Assembly (NCBI GenBank): GCA_963663805.2
Contig: CAXXMR010000009.1
Coordinates: 96,001 to 160,000 of the forward strand
Reading direction: 5' to 3'
Source of the DNA: Sedimentisphaerales bacterium
Lineage (GTDB): Bacteria; Planctomycetota; Phycisphaerae; Sedimentisphaerales; SM23-30
DNA: 64,000 bases
The position numbers and the translations under genes are program-made. The notes beneath the pieces were generated by a model. It saw only the letters and a list, made by a program, of their open reading frames with translations, was not told the origin of the DNA and did no database searches. Below are positions 32,408-42,224 of the stretch, piece by piece; within the stretch, counting starts at the first letter, position 1; each line of letters begins with the position of its first letter.

Positions 32408-32491
32408 GGTTGCCGACCGCTGAGCAGTTGTTCGGTGTTTCTGAAAAGCATCTTCTGTCGCCCATTAAATAACGCTCTGTAAGACAATAAC

Positions 32492-35083
32492 TTACAGGAG
32501 GTAGCACAACGCGTCCTGTTTGAGCGTGTTGGAATAGAGTATGGGCGGGGTGGATTCGGGGTCGATTACTTTTAGAACATGGCTCCATTTTTCGGCGTCG
32601 GGCAGGTATTTTTCAAGCTGGTTGGGGGCGTCGTTGAAGAAGGTGTGGTTGATGTAATTTTCCTTTTGGGTGGGGAACAGGGCCATATAGAGGATGTCCA
32701 TTTCGACCAGGTCGCTGAAAAGGTGCGTGCCGAGTGAGACGTCGGGGATAAGGTTTTCGTGCATTTCGACCATTTCGCAGATGACCGAGGCGGTGTCGAT
32801 TTCGGAGAAGCTGACAGGGACACCCAGTTCGGGCGATGAGGTACCCCAACGTCCGGGGCCGATTAGCATGATTTTCTTTTCGAGGGCAAATTTGGGTTGG
32901 TGGAGCAGTTGGCCGAGCAGGCGGGCGATGGAGTAGCGGTCACGCATGTTCAGCTTGCTGTAAGCGGCGGGGATGATATATACGAAATGGTGGATTTCCA
33001 TGGCTCGGCTGGGACCGATGACGGCCCCGTGAGTTTTGAGGATGGTTTGTTCGGGGGAGAGGTTTTCGGGCGGACTGGGCAGCAGGGCTTCTTCCATTTT
33101 TATCTGGAGAGGGCGGCATTGGAGCAGATTGATTTTGTAGCTGTCCCGGCCAAAAATGTTGCAGGTGAATTCAATGTCTACCGGGTAATCGTAGGCTTTA
33201 TGGAGCGTCTGAAGCAGTTTACGCATAGTTGGTACAAAATCGGTGTTGGTCAGGAGGTTGTCGAAAGTCAGCATCCAGGCGAGGTTGGAATTTTTGGCCG
33301 CCGCTGAGGTTATCGTGCGGTCGCGGGTGGCGAGCATGTCCAGGGGAAGATTTTTCACTTCGTCCAGCAGTTCGTAGAAGTCAAAGGTGGATAGCTGATT
33401 GGCTTCGAAATCGAGGACATCAACCTTTTTCTGGGAATACTGGCGCACTTCGCCGATACTGACTTCGGGGCGTTTTTCGGGAGCGCTTAGTGAAATTACG
33501 CGGGTATAATCATCGTCGCGTCGGTCGACGGCACGCGTACCCAGGCCGAAGACCAGCCGCAATACGCCCGCTGCCGGGTCGATATGTTCGTTCCAGACAT
33601 AAGGATTAAGCGAGAATCCGACACCGGCGGCGTGGGGCATGAGCATGGTTTTATAATATGAGCCGGAGACCCGCTGGATGAGCAGGGCCATCTGTTCGTC
33701 CTGGTCGAGCAGACCACGCTGGGCCCGGTATTTGAGCGCTTTTTCACTCATGGCACTGGCGTAGATGGTCTTGATAGCGGTCTTGAGGTCTTCATAGCGT
33801 TTAACACGCGGCCCCTGGTTGACGCAGAAGATACTTTCGTATTTCCCGGCGAAGGCGTTGCCATAGTTGTCCTCCAGCAGTGAGCTGGAACGGACAATGA
33901 AAGGTGATTGACCGAAATAGTCGAGCAGGTCACTGAGCTGGTTTTCGATGTACTGCGGGAAGGTACCCAGCAGGACACGATGGCGGGCCCGGACAGAGCC
34001 TTCGAGAAATTCTTCTTTGTCTTTCTGGCGTTGACGTTCCCACCAGATGCCGTTTTCGACCAGGAAGGTATAGAAAACATCCGAACCGATATAGAACGAG
34101 TCGTGGGGTTCAAGGGTGTTTTTCCACTGGGGGTCGGTTTTTTCGAGGATGGCCCGGGCCAGTAACATCCCGACGGCTTTGCCGCCGATAAGGCCGGTGC
34201 CCACGATTCTTTTGCCGATGTTTAGGATGTCGGAGAGGCGGAGATATTTTTTGAGCAGGGCAGCCATGCGGCTGTCGCGACTGAGCGCCATTTTAATGAG
34301 TACTTCGAGCAGTTCTTTTTCCGTTTCGGAATTGACGCCGAGGTGGCCTTTGAGAATTTCCTCGGCGGTGATAAGGTTCTGGTTCCAGACGCCCAGTTCG
34401 TAGTTGGGCGCGGAAATCTGGGAGCGGGGCACACTATTAAGCACCTGAGAAATGGTCGCGCTGTTTTCGACAATGGGAAATTCCTGATCTTTCCAGACAT
34501 GGAGCATGTACATGGTAGGGGAGTAGCGGTGCTGGACCTTGAGCGGCTGGACGTAGTTCTGGTTATCGTAACTGTAGGCTTCAATGAATATTTGCGTGGT
34601 GTTGAAGATGGGCATGGTGGCGTGGAAGGAATGCCGGTTGCGATATAGACCGAAATAGGCAATTGACTCTACGTCGAAAAGATAGGGACAGGTCAGCATG
34701 AAGAAGTTGCCCAGCATCTGGTCGCTGTACCAGTGGTCAACCAGTTCCGAGAGGCAGTCGAATACATAATAGCCGCCCCGACCGTTACGGGCGATTATCT
34801 GGTGTACGTCTTCGATGAAGACTTCAAATCCCTTGGAAGGGTCGAGCTGGAAGACGTGGGCGGGATATTCATCAGGGATTAGAGGTTCATGGTCGGCAAA
34901 GCGAATGTAGTAGAGTTCATGGCCGGCGGTGTGGGCGTGTTCACAGAATGATGAGGCGAAGTGTCTGTATTCTTCAATAGATTCTATCTGGAAGACGATG
35001 TTGTCGCCGGCGAGAATACCGCGCAGGATGTAATCAAGGCCGTTGATGCCGGTGCTGTATTTGCTGTCGAAATGCTGGGCCAT
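32492..35083 (-). CDS. PEP/pyruvate-binding (PPDK_N-type) protein with N-terminal KaiC/RecA-like domain
   Basis: STGINGLDYIL...GDNIV, VFDCLS; IGGKA, VRSSSLLED...FAGKY, GLGTRAV, DIEF, LLQCRP, GPGRWG. Confidence 0.8.
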   Translation of the reverse strand: MAQHFDSKYSTGINGLDYILRGILAGDNIVFQIESIEEYRHFASSFCEHAHTAGHELYYIRFADHEPLIPDEYPAHVFQLDPSKGFEVFIEDVHQIIARNGRGGYYVFDCLSELVDHWYSDQMLGNFFMLTCPYLFDVESIAYFGLYRNRHSFHATMPIFNTTQIFIEAYSYDNQNYVQPLKVQHRYSPTMYMLHVWKDQEFPIVENSATISQVLNSVPRSQISAPNYELGVWNQNLITAEEILKGHLGVNSETEKELLEVLIKMALSRDSRMAALLKKYLRLSDILNIGKRIVGTGLIGGKAVGMLLARAILEKTDPQWKNTLEPHDSFYIGSDVFYTFLVENGIWWERQRQKDKEEFLEGSVRARHRVLLGTFPQYIENQLSDLLDYFGQSPFIVRSSSLLEDNYGNAFAGKYESIFCVNQGPRVKRYEDLKTAIKTIYASAMSEKALKYRAQRGLLDQDEQMALLIQRVSGSYYKTMLMPHAAGVGFSLNPYVWNEHIDPAAGVLRLVFGLGTRAVDRRDDDYTRVISLSAPEKRPEVSIGEVRQYSQKKVDVLDFEANQLSTFDFYELLDEVKNLPLDMLATRDRTITSAAAKNSNLAWMLTFDNLLTNTDFVPTMRKLLQTLHKAYDYPVDIEFTCNIFGRDSYKINLLQCRPLQIKMEEALLPSPPENLSPEQTILKTHGAVIGPSRAMEIHHFVYIIPAAYSKLNMRDRYSIARLLGQLLHQPKFALEKKIMLIGPGRWGTSSPELGVPVSFSEIDTASVICEMVEMHENLIPDVSLGTHLFSDLVEMDILYMALFPTQKENYINHTFFNDAPNQLEKYLPDAEKWSHVLKVIDPESTPPILYSNTLKQDALCYLL

Positions 35084-35148
35084 TTTTCGCCTTTCTGGTC
35101 AGGTGCGATTATCTTCTGAAAATTAGTAATATGGATAATCAGTCGAAA

Positions 35149-35237
35149 CGGAGAGGGCGGGATTCGAACCCGCGGTAGGGAGTAAACCGCACACTGGTTT
35201 TCGAAACCAGCTCCTTCAGCCGCTCGGACACCTCTCC
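35149..35237 (-). tRNA. tRNA-Ser(CGA)
   Basis: GGAGAGG/CCTCTCC acceptor stem, CTGGT-TTCGAAA-ACCAG anticodon arm, long variable arm, GGTTCGAATCC T-loop; CCA not encoded. Confidence 0.96.
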
Positions 35238-35374
35238 TGATGCGGGAATAAAGTAAATATCGGATATGTGGCTGGATAGCAAGAAAAAATGATTGATTAG
35301 ACGTAAACGACCACGCAAAAATACAAATTTTGGGGATAAAAACACGATTATTTTGAAATTTTTCAAAAAAAACG

Positions 35375-36822
35375 CAATCCTGTTCGGCACATTTATTGCT
35401 TTAGGCTTTTGGCCTCCTGTATTTTTTTAAAAAAAACCCGAAATGTTAAGATAGGCAATTTGCGCTCGAGGGATATTTATGCTCTAATAGGAGGCATGAG
35501 TGCTAAGCGTCAGAAAATCAAGGAGCGGGACCTGCGTGGGTTCAAGTATTTCAAGTCCCTCTCGGCTCTGCTGAAAGGTCTTCACTCGGCGGGATGTGAG
35601 CGGGACCGGGCCGGCAATCGCACATTATTCATGGACCAGTATGTCAGTCTGCTGCTGTTATACATGTTCAATCCGATCTGCAGTTCCATCCGGTCTTTGC
35701 AGCAGGCCGGCGAGCTCAAAAAGGTACAGCGGCTGTTGGGTTGTTCGCGTGCTTCGCTGGGTTCGCTTTCGGAAGCATCCCGGGTTTTTGAGAGTTCTTT
35801 GTTAGAGCCGATAATCGCTCAACTCACTGAGCAGTTAGGGCCGATATCTCAGGACAAAAAACTGGAAGTCGGTCAGGTCATTACCCTGGTGGACGGCAGC
35901 AGTATTCAGGCTTTGCAAAAACTCACTCAGGCTGCCTGGGACACCGACAAACCCGGAATTAAAGCACACACTCAGTTTGATCTGGAAAAATATGTGCCTC
36001 TGAAAATAAATATCAGTGAAGACAAGTCTGATGAGCGAAAGGTTTTTTTAGAGAATCTTCAGCCCGGCCGGATTTATGTCAATGATCGTGGATATGCCTG
36101 TTTTAAGCTGTTTCAGGCCATTGTGGATAGTAAAAGCTCTTTTGTCTGTCGGCTGCGTGAGGATACGGTTTACGAAACTATTCAGGAAAAACCTTTAACT
36201 GAAGATGCTCGAAAAGCGGGGATAATTTTTGATCGTACGGTAATCGCCGGCAGCAGTGAAAAACTGCGGGAAGATTTCAAACAACCGTTACGCCTGATAG
36301 CGGTTGAATGTCAACCGCATTTGAAACGGGGCCAGGGACCACGTCAGAGTGAGATGATTTTGATTGCCACCGACCGGCTGGACCTGGACGCCGAAGTCAT
36401 TGCCCTGCTCTATCAGAAACGCTGGGCCATCGAAATATTTTTCCGCTTTTTTAAGCATGTGCTGGGCTGCCGACATCTGCTAAGCCTCTGCGAAAACGGT
36501 ATCGAACTACAGATGTACGCCGCGATTATCGCCTGTATGCTGATCAGCCTGTGGACGGGCAAAAAACCAACTTTAAGAACCTACGAAATGCTCTGCTGGC
36601 ACCTCTGCGGCATGGCCGACGAGCAAGAAATGCAGAACCATATCAATAAACTCCAAAGCCAAAACTAAGGCCGATCCTCAAAAAAATCGCCGCCGCCGTT
36701 GATGCTGCGCCCAAATAACCAGTGCCGACAGTCCCACTGAGGGATAATCCCCGCTAAATCATATGAACTGCAAAGACCACAGAAAAACTGTATTTGAGCA
36801 ATAAATGTGCCGAACAGGATTG
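35375..36822 (+). mobile_element. IS4-family insertion sequence, 1448 bp
   Basis: Perfect 26-bp TIR CAATCCTGTTCGGCACATTTATTGCT (35375-35400/36797-36822); flanking direct repeat AAAAAAACG. Confidence 0.95.
35496..36668 (+). CDS. IS4-family DDE transposase
   Basis: VDGS, DRGY, Y..RW.IE.FFR..K (YREK signature); GGAGG RBS before ATG 35496. Confidence 0.95.
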   Translation: MSAKRQKIKERDLRGFKYFKSLSALLKGLHSAGCERDRAGNRTLFMDQYVSLLLLYMFNPICSSIRSLQQAGELKKVQRLLGCSRASLGSLSEASRVFESSLLEPIIAQLTEQLGPISQDKKLEVGQVITLVDGSSIQALQKLTQAAWDTDKPGIKAHTQFDLEKYVPLKINISEDKSDERKVFLENLQPGRIYVNDRGYACFKLFQAIVDSKSSFVCRLREDTVYETIQEKPLTEDARKAGIIFDRTVIAGSSEKLREDFKQPLRLIAVECQPHLKRGQGPRQSEMILIATDRLDLDAEVIALLYQKRWAIEIFFRFFKHVLGCRHLLSLCENGIELQMYAAIIACMLISLWTGKKPTLRTYEMLCWHLCGMADEQEMQNHINKLQSQN

Positions 36823-36961
36823 AAAAAAACGCGGATTTTTTTACCAAAAACTGCATCTTGCGGCAAATTTGCGCTGAAAATAAGTTGGAATTGACCTGCG
36901 GTTGTCGGGGCGATAGAATCTCTGGTTTGGCAACCTCAGTTCGTATCAAAGGCCGTAAGTA

Positions 36962-37903
36962 GTGGTAACAGCTTTAGGTTATGACGATGTATTCTTGCAG
37001 CACCGGACAGGCAAGCACCCGGAGCGACCCGCACGATTAACCAGTATCATGGAGACCCTGCGGGCCGATGAAATATGGCCAGAACTAGTCCCAGTGAATG
37101 GCCGGGTTCAGCCGGAAGAATGGATAAGAGCTGTACACAGCGAGGATTACATCGGTCGATTGGACGAGTCGTGTCTGGGGGAATTGCCCTTTATTGATAC
37201 TCAGGATTCAGCGATATGCCCGGATTCCAGCAAGGTTGCTCGTGACGCTATCGCTATGTCTCTGTCAGCTTGTGATTTAGTCGCCGCCGGCGAAGTAGAT
37301 AATGCTTTTCTGGCGTTGCGACCGCCGGGCCATCATGCCGAAGCTGATGAATCCATGGGTTTCTGTCTGTTTAATAACGCGGCGGTAGCTGCTCGTTATC
37401 TCCAGAAAAGACATGGAGTTAGGCGAGTTATGATATTTGATTTTGACGTTCATCACGGCAACGGAACGCAGCATATATTTGAGCGGGACCATACGGTTTA
37501 CTATTGCAGTACGCATCAGCATCCGGCGACTTGTTTTCCAGGGACTGGTTGGCCCACAGAGATGGGTGAAGGGGCGGGTCGAAACTGTACTTTGAATCTG
37601 GTGATGGAACCCGGAGCGGGCGATGATGAGTGTCTGGACCTGTTTTTTACGAATTTTTTGCCGGCGGCGCGGGATTTTCGGCCTGAATTCGTGTTATTAT
37701 CGGCTGGTTTTGACGCTCATCGAAAAGATCCGCTGGCTCAACTGAACTGGTCCGAGCGGGCGTACGAAGTAATAACAGAAGAAGTTAAAAAGCTGGCGGC
37801 GGAACATTGCCGAGGCAAGATAATCTCCTTTTTGGAAGGAGGTTATCAGCTTGGTTCGCTGAGCAGCTGCGTATTAACGCACGTGAAGGGTTTGGCCCGA
37901 TAG
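36962..37903 (+). CDS. Histone deacetylase-family (Zn amidohydrolase) protein
   Basis: HPERPARL, RPPGHHA, GFCLFNN, DFDVHHGNGTQ, SAGFDAH, LEGGY. Confidence 0.95.
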   Translation: MVTALGYDDVFLQHRTGKHPERPARLTSIMETLRADEIWPELVPVNGRVQPEEWIRAVHSEDYIGRLDESCLGELPFIDTQDSAICPDSSKVARDAIAMSLSACDLVAAGEVDNAFLALRPPGHHAEADESMGFCLFNNAAVAARYLQKRHGVRRVMIFDFDVHHGNGTQHIFERDHTVYYCSTHQHPATCFPGTGWPTEMGEGAGRNCTLNLVMEPGAGDDECLDLFFTNFLPAARDFRPEFVLLSAGFDAHRKDPLAQLNWSERAYEVITEEVKKLAAEHCRGKIISFLEGGYQLGSLSSCVLTHVKGLAR

Positions 37904-37934
37904 TATGAATTTACATGCGGCCAGCAAGCCCGTA

Positions 37935-37943
37935 TGATATAAT
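37935..37943 (+). promoter_or_regulatory. Candidate extended -10 promoter
   Basis: TGATATAAT 36 bp upstream of the DUF1573 gene. Confidence 0.4.
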
Positions 37944-37979
37944 GTGATATTGTAAACAAAATAATTTTAGGAGACAGAT

Positions 37980-39098
37980 ATGAAAAAAATCAGGTCATTA
38001 TCCATCGCATTGGTGTTGATTGGTTCGCTGATACTGGCAGGCTGTAATGGGCCAAAGTCTGAGCCGACGGGTTCGGAAAAATTACAAAAGCCGGCGGCGC
38101 AGAAGGTTGCAAAGGCACCGGTCAAAAAAGCCGAGCCGAAAAGTCCTGCTCCGAAGTTAGATGAACGGCGTGAAGATGCCGGTCGTTTGGAAGTTGATAC
38201 TCTGGTCTATGACTTTGGCGAGGTTGAGCCGGGTTCTTCGGTTGAAGGCAAGTTTGTGTTGACGAATACGGGTAAGGAAGTTATCGAGCTGAACCCTCCA
38301 GGCAAGAGTTGCGGTTGTACTTTGACTAAGCTGAAAACGAATGTCCTCCAGCCGGGCGAAAGTACGGATTTGGGCATTACGTTTAAGGCCGGGGACCATC
38401 CGGGCAAAACCAGCAAGAAGCTGTGGGTGACTACGAAAGCCCCTTCGCTGCCGGAACGTATTACGATGAGTCTGACGGCTGACATTAAGCAGCACATCAA
38501 GAATTATCCGGAAAATTATAAGTTCGAGCTGCGCGATAATGCTCAGGCTGAACCCTTGGTGCTGGAATCGACCGACGGCCAGGAATTTAAGGTGACCGGT
38601 GCGACGGTTATGAATGACGCGGTGGAGTTGCTGGTTGACCGTGAGGCATCCAGTACGCGGCATGAGATACCGCTGAAGTTGAATGTCGATGTGCTGCGTG
38701 AAAAGCCGGCGGGTGTTATAACGGTCAATGTTGACCATCCGAAGGTTAAGACCTGTCGGGTAAGCTATTCTTCCTTGCTGCCGTTTACAGCGAGCCCGCA
38801 GACGAAATCTTTTCTGCGGATGGTGCCGGGTCAGGAACAGGGCGGGGCGGTAAAGATTGTCTCGAACTTTGGTGAGGATTTTGAACTGGGTACGGTTGCC
38901 AGCGAAAAAGGGCTGGTGAAAGTTGTGAGTACCGCCAAGGTTGAAGACGGCTATCAGATTAACATTACTATGCAGGCGCCGAGCGAAGAAGATGGCCGGA
39001 AGATTATTTCTGATTATCTAATCGTTGAGATTAAGGACCGGCCTGCCGATACGATTAAGGTTCGCTGCTATGGGCGGACGATGCTGCCGCGGAAGTAA
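37980..39098 (+). CDS. DUF1573-domain lipoprotein with tandem Ig-like domains
   Basis: LILAGC lipobox; YDFGEV...F.LTNTG...KSCGCT...LQPGE. Confidence 0.85.
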   Translation: MKKIRSLSIALVLIGSLILAGCNGPKSEPTGSEKLQKPAAQKVAKAPVKKAEPKSPAPKLDERREDAGRLEVDTLVYDFGEVEPGSSVEGKFVLTNTGKEVIELNPPGKSCGCTLTKLKTNVLQPGESTDLGITFKAGDHPGKTSKKLWVTTKAPSLPERITMSLTADIKQHIKNYPENYKFELRDNAQAEPLVLESTDGQEFKVTGATVMNDAVELLVDREASSTRHEIPLKLNVDVLREKPAGVITVNVDHPKVKTCRVSYSSLLPFTASPQTKSFLRMVPGQEQGGAVKIVSNFGEDFELGTVASEKGLVKVVSTAKVEDGYQINITMQAPSEEDGRKIISDYLIVEIKDRPADTIKVRCYGRTMLPRK

Positions 39099-39125
39099 GA
39101 AAAAGTACCGGACACTTCAGGGAGA

Positions 39126-40550
39126 GTGGATATGTTGCGATATGCCTGGGTAGGTGTGTTGGTAATGCTTCTGGGGTGGGCAGGTGTGGTTTTGACGGCG
39201 GCGGAGAAGCTGAGCAAGGCTCCGGCGCCGACACCTAAGATTGATGCCCCTGAAGGGTTTGTGCTGCTGCTGACAGGCAACTGGGCCGGTCAGCTTGAGC
39301 CTTGCGGTTGTACCGAGAAGCAGTTGGGCGGGATTGACCGGCGGACGCACATACTGGATAAATTTCCGGTAGAGCGTACGCTTCTGGTTGATAACGGGCC
39401 GCTGGTGGAGGAGGTTGACCGGCAGGGGCAGTTGAAGTTTGGGGTGTTTCTGCGAAGTCTGAAGAAGTTGAAATATGAGGGGATTAGTCTTAGTCCGGGT
39501 GAGATTGCCCGGCTTGGTAATATTGATGTAAGTGCAGCAGAGCGGCCAACATTGATTTGCACGAATATGCCAGCGGAAAAACGTGAGGCTTATTCGGCGG
39601 TGGGTATGCTGGAAAAAACCCTGAAGGTTGGCAAGAAGGAATTGCCGGTGGTGGTACTGGGGGTTTCGGTGGCGCATGGTGCGGACGCGAAATCGGCTGA
39701 GAATCTGGGTTTGACGGATGCCGCTGAGGCGGTCGAGGAAGTGGTAGCGGGGATTTCCGATGATAAAATTGTGGTGGTTCTGGTTTCTTGTGTGAGTGAG
39801 GACACGGCCCAGAAGGTCGCTGAGCAGCTGCATGAGGTGACGGCGGTTGATTTGGTGATACTGCCGGGTTTGGCGGATGAGCCGGAAGTTTGCAATGGTA
39901 AGGACGCTCGGCCTATACGGGTATCTACGGGCAAGCTGGGCAAATATGTTGTGCGGATGGAGCTGCCGCCGGAGACGGCGGGTGAGGTCGAAAAATATGA
40001 TTTTTCGATGATAGAAATTGACAGCCAATTTAAGCGGGATGAGTCGATTGTCGCGATTATTGATGAGTATCAGTTTCAGATGCAGATGGAAGACCTTGTT
40101 GGTGACGAAACGGCAATAGCGCGGGAGAGTCTGGGCGGGGGGCTTTCGTTTATGGGGACACCATCCTGTGGTGAAGGTGATGATTGTCACGCTGATATTG
40201 TGGCGAAGTGGCAGGAGTTTGGCCATGCCCAGGCGATGGTGACACTGATGGACCCCGATGTAAACCGGCAGTTTGACCCTTATTGTGTGGGTTGTCATAC
40301 GGTGGGGATGTATTATGAAGGTGGTTTTCGTTCGATGGAAGGGACACCGGATTTCGCGGGCGTAGGCTGCGAGATGTGTCATGGGCCGGGCTCGGCACAT
40401 GCCGAAGACCCTTATTTGAGCTATCAGGAAATATTCACGCAATGTGAACAGTGCCATGACCATGAGCACAGCCCACCTTTTGACAAGGAACGTGAGGAAT
40501 ATTTCGAGAAGATTAAGCACTGGGATGGCGAACGTAAATATTGGGATTGA
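39126..40550 (+). CDS. Exported UshA/5'-nucleotidase-like domain fused to a multiheme c554-like cytochrome
   Basis: Signal peptide; GQLEPCGC...LGGIDRR, LLVDNG; heme motifs CGEGDDCH, CVGCH, CEMCH, CEQCH. Confidence 0.85.
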   Translation: MDMLRYAWVGVLVMLLGWAGVVLTAAEKLSKAPAPTPKIDAPEGFVLLLTGNWAGQLEPCGCTEKQLGGIDRRTHILDKFPVERTLLVDNGPLVEEVDRQGQLKFGVFLRSLKKLKYEGISLSPGEIARLGNIDVSAAERPTLICTNMPAEKREAYSAVGMLEKTLKVGKKELPVVVLGVSVAHGADAKSAENLGLTDAAEAVEEVVAGISDDKIVVVLVSCVSEDTAQKVAEQLHEVTAVDLVILPGLADEPEVCNGKDARPIRVSTGKLGKYVVRMELPPETAGEVEKYDFSMIEIDSQFKRDESIVAIIDEYQFQMQMEDLVGDETAIARESLGGGLSFMGTPSCGEGDDCHADIVAKWQEFGHAQAMVTLMDPDVNRQFDPYCVGCHTVGMYYEGGFRSMEGTPDFAGVGCEMCHGPGSAHAEDPYLSYQEIFTQCEQCHDHEHSPPFDKEREEYFEKIKHWDGERKYWD

Positions 40551-40640
40551 TTACATCAGAAGTCCGTGTCGCCTTCGGTTAAGGTTTTAATAATCAGCGT
40601 GGGTATGGTCCATCCCGTCGGCGGGGACGTGTAATTTGAT

Positions 40641-41057
40641 TTGAGTTTTGTTGAGAATGCCGGGAAGGTGATTATGGCTCATTGTGATGAGGCTTTGGAG
40701 CGGATATGGCAGGAGATTAAGAAATATCGCAAGGCCCATAACAATCGCAATCCGGGGGCGTTGATGGATTTGATTGAGTGTTCAGAACTGAACGGCTGGG
40801 ATTTTGTTTGTCCGGTGGGGACAACGCCGATAGGTGATTGTTCTTATGTTTATCGCGGGGTGGATTTGTATAAGGGTGTGCCGGAGGAGATGATTGTGGC
40901 TTATGACCGGGAAGCGAATCATAAGGGTCGTCGTAATGTGCTTTATGCCAAAGGGACGGTGGTGCGGCCTAAAGAGGAGGTTTTTGAACAGCAGATATCG
41001 AAGGATAACGAACATCGCAAAGAGCTGGGGCTGGCGGAGAAAGCATTGGGTAAATAA
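40641..41057 (+). CDS. Hypothetical protein resembling the C-terminal part of DUF1559-type proteins
   Basis: FVCP, SYVY, HKGRRNVLYAKG (H-X9-DG-like); start uncertain (TTG 40641 or ATG 40674). Confidence 0.55.
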   Translation: MSFVENAGKVIMAHCDEALERIWQEIKKYRKAHNNRNPGALMDLIECSELNGWDFVCPVGTTPIGDCSYVYRGVDLYKGVPEEMIVAYDREANHKGRRNVLYAKGTVVRPKEEVFEQQISKDNEHRKELGLAEKALGK

Positions 41058-41066
41058 AGGGTGGTT

Positions 41067-42224
41067 ATGTCGAAAAAGTGGATTTTTGAACATCTGGAGT
41101 ATTTGCGGTCTGAGGGGGTGTATCGGCAAATGAAGGTGGTTGAGGGCGGCGGGGGGCGTATGGTTCAGGTTGAGGGGCGGGAGGTTCTGGTTTTTTGCTC
41201 AAATAATTATCTGGGGCTGGCGAATCATCCGGCGGTGGTTGAGGCGGTGCGAGAAGGGGTTCAGAAGTGGGGCTGGGGCAGTACCGGTTCGCGGCTGATT
41301 TGTGGTAATACTAGTGCGGGGGAGGAGTTAGAGCGGTCACTGGCAGATTGGCTGGGGGTGGAGAGTACGCTGGTCACGCCCAGCGGGTACGCGGCAAACG
41401 GGGCGGTTTTGACAGCGTTAGCGGGTGAGGGGGATCTCGTATTGCTGGACAAGCTGGTTCATGCTTCGATAATCGATGGGGCCAAAGCAAGCGGGGCTGC
41501 GGTGCGGATCTGGCCCCACCGACAGACGGACAAGCTGGTGCGGCTTTTGGAGAAAGGCGGGTATCGGCGGGCGTTTATGGTGACGGATTCTTTGTTCAGC
41601 ATGGATGGGGACGCGGCGAATTTGGAGGAGCTGGCGGCGATTAAAGAGCGGTTTGGAGCGATGCTGATAGTTGATGAGGCTCATGCGGTGGGGTGCTACG
41701 GAGTGGATGGTTCGGGTTTGATCAGTGAGCAGGGCTTGAAGGCCGGGGCGGTTGACGTGGTGGTTATGACGCTATCGAAGGCACTGGGGGGCAGCGGCGG
41801 GGTGATTGGCTGTACACGGGAAGTGAAGGATTATCTGGTTAATACGGCACGGTCGTTTATTTTTACGACGGGGATACCGGCGGTTAGCTGTTTAGCGGCG
41901 CAGGCGGCGGTTGAGGTGATAAAAAGTGAACCACAGCGGCGGGGGCGATTGTTGGAGAACGGTGATTATTTTCGGTGCCGATGCCGGGAGCTGAGTTTAG
42001 ATACGGGTGATTCAAGTAGTTATATTGTGCCGATAGTTATTGGTGAGGCGGAGCGAACTTGTGATGTTGCAGCGAAGTTGTTTGAACGAGGGTATTGGGC
42101 GGCAGCGGTGAGGCCTCCGACGGTGGCGAAGGGTAGTTCGCGGCTGAGAGTATCCTTGACGAGTGAGCATAGCAGGGCGGATATAGACGGGCTTTGCGGA
42201 CAATTAGAGGATTTGATATGCTGA
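41067..42224 (+). CDS. bioF: 8-amino-7-oxononanoate synthase
   Basis: FCSNNYLGL, SRLICG, HASIIDG, FSMDGD, VDEAH, TLSKALG, RPPTV. Confidence 0.92.
   Translation: MSKKWIFEHLEYLRSEGVYRQMKVVEGGGGRMVQVEGREVLVFCSNNYLGLANHPAVVEAVREGVQKWGWGSTGSRLICGNTSAGEELERSLADWLGVESTLVTPSGYAANGAVLTALAGEGDLVLLDKLVHASIIDGAKASGAAVRIWPHRQTDKLVRLLEKGGYRRAFMVTDSLFSMDGDAANLEELAAIKERFGAMLIVDEAHAVGCYGVDGSGLISEQGLKAGAVDVVVMTLSKALGGSGGVIGCTREVKDYLVNTARSFIFTTGIPAVSCLAAQAAVEVIKSEPQRRGRLLENGDYFRCRCRELSLDTGDSSSYIVPIVIGEAERTCDVAAKLFERGYWAAAVRPPTVAKGSSRLRVSLTSEHSRADIDGLCGQLEDLIC

Noticed and set aside
35139..35390. 83-aa ORF over the tRNA, and tRNA as an island attachment site
   Set aside because: The ORF is a shadow of the tRNA and IS end; no integrase or duplicated tRNA 3' end is seen, and the IS lies on the 5' side.
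39290..39320. Selenocysteine in the UshA-like CGC motif
   Set aside because: Codons are TGC-GGT-TGT, with no TGA.
39117..40520. Long antisense ORFs (this 467-aa one, also 25595-26440 and 28704-29582)
   Set aside because: Mirror frames of real genes with strongly biased codon use; no protein motifs.
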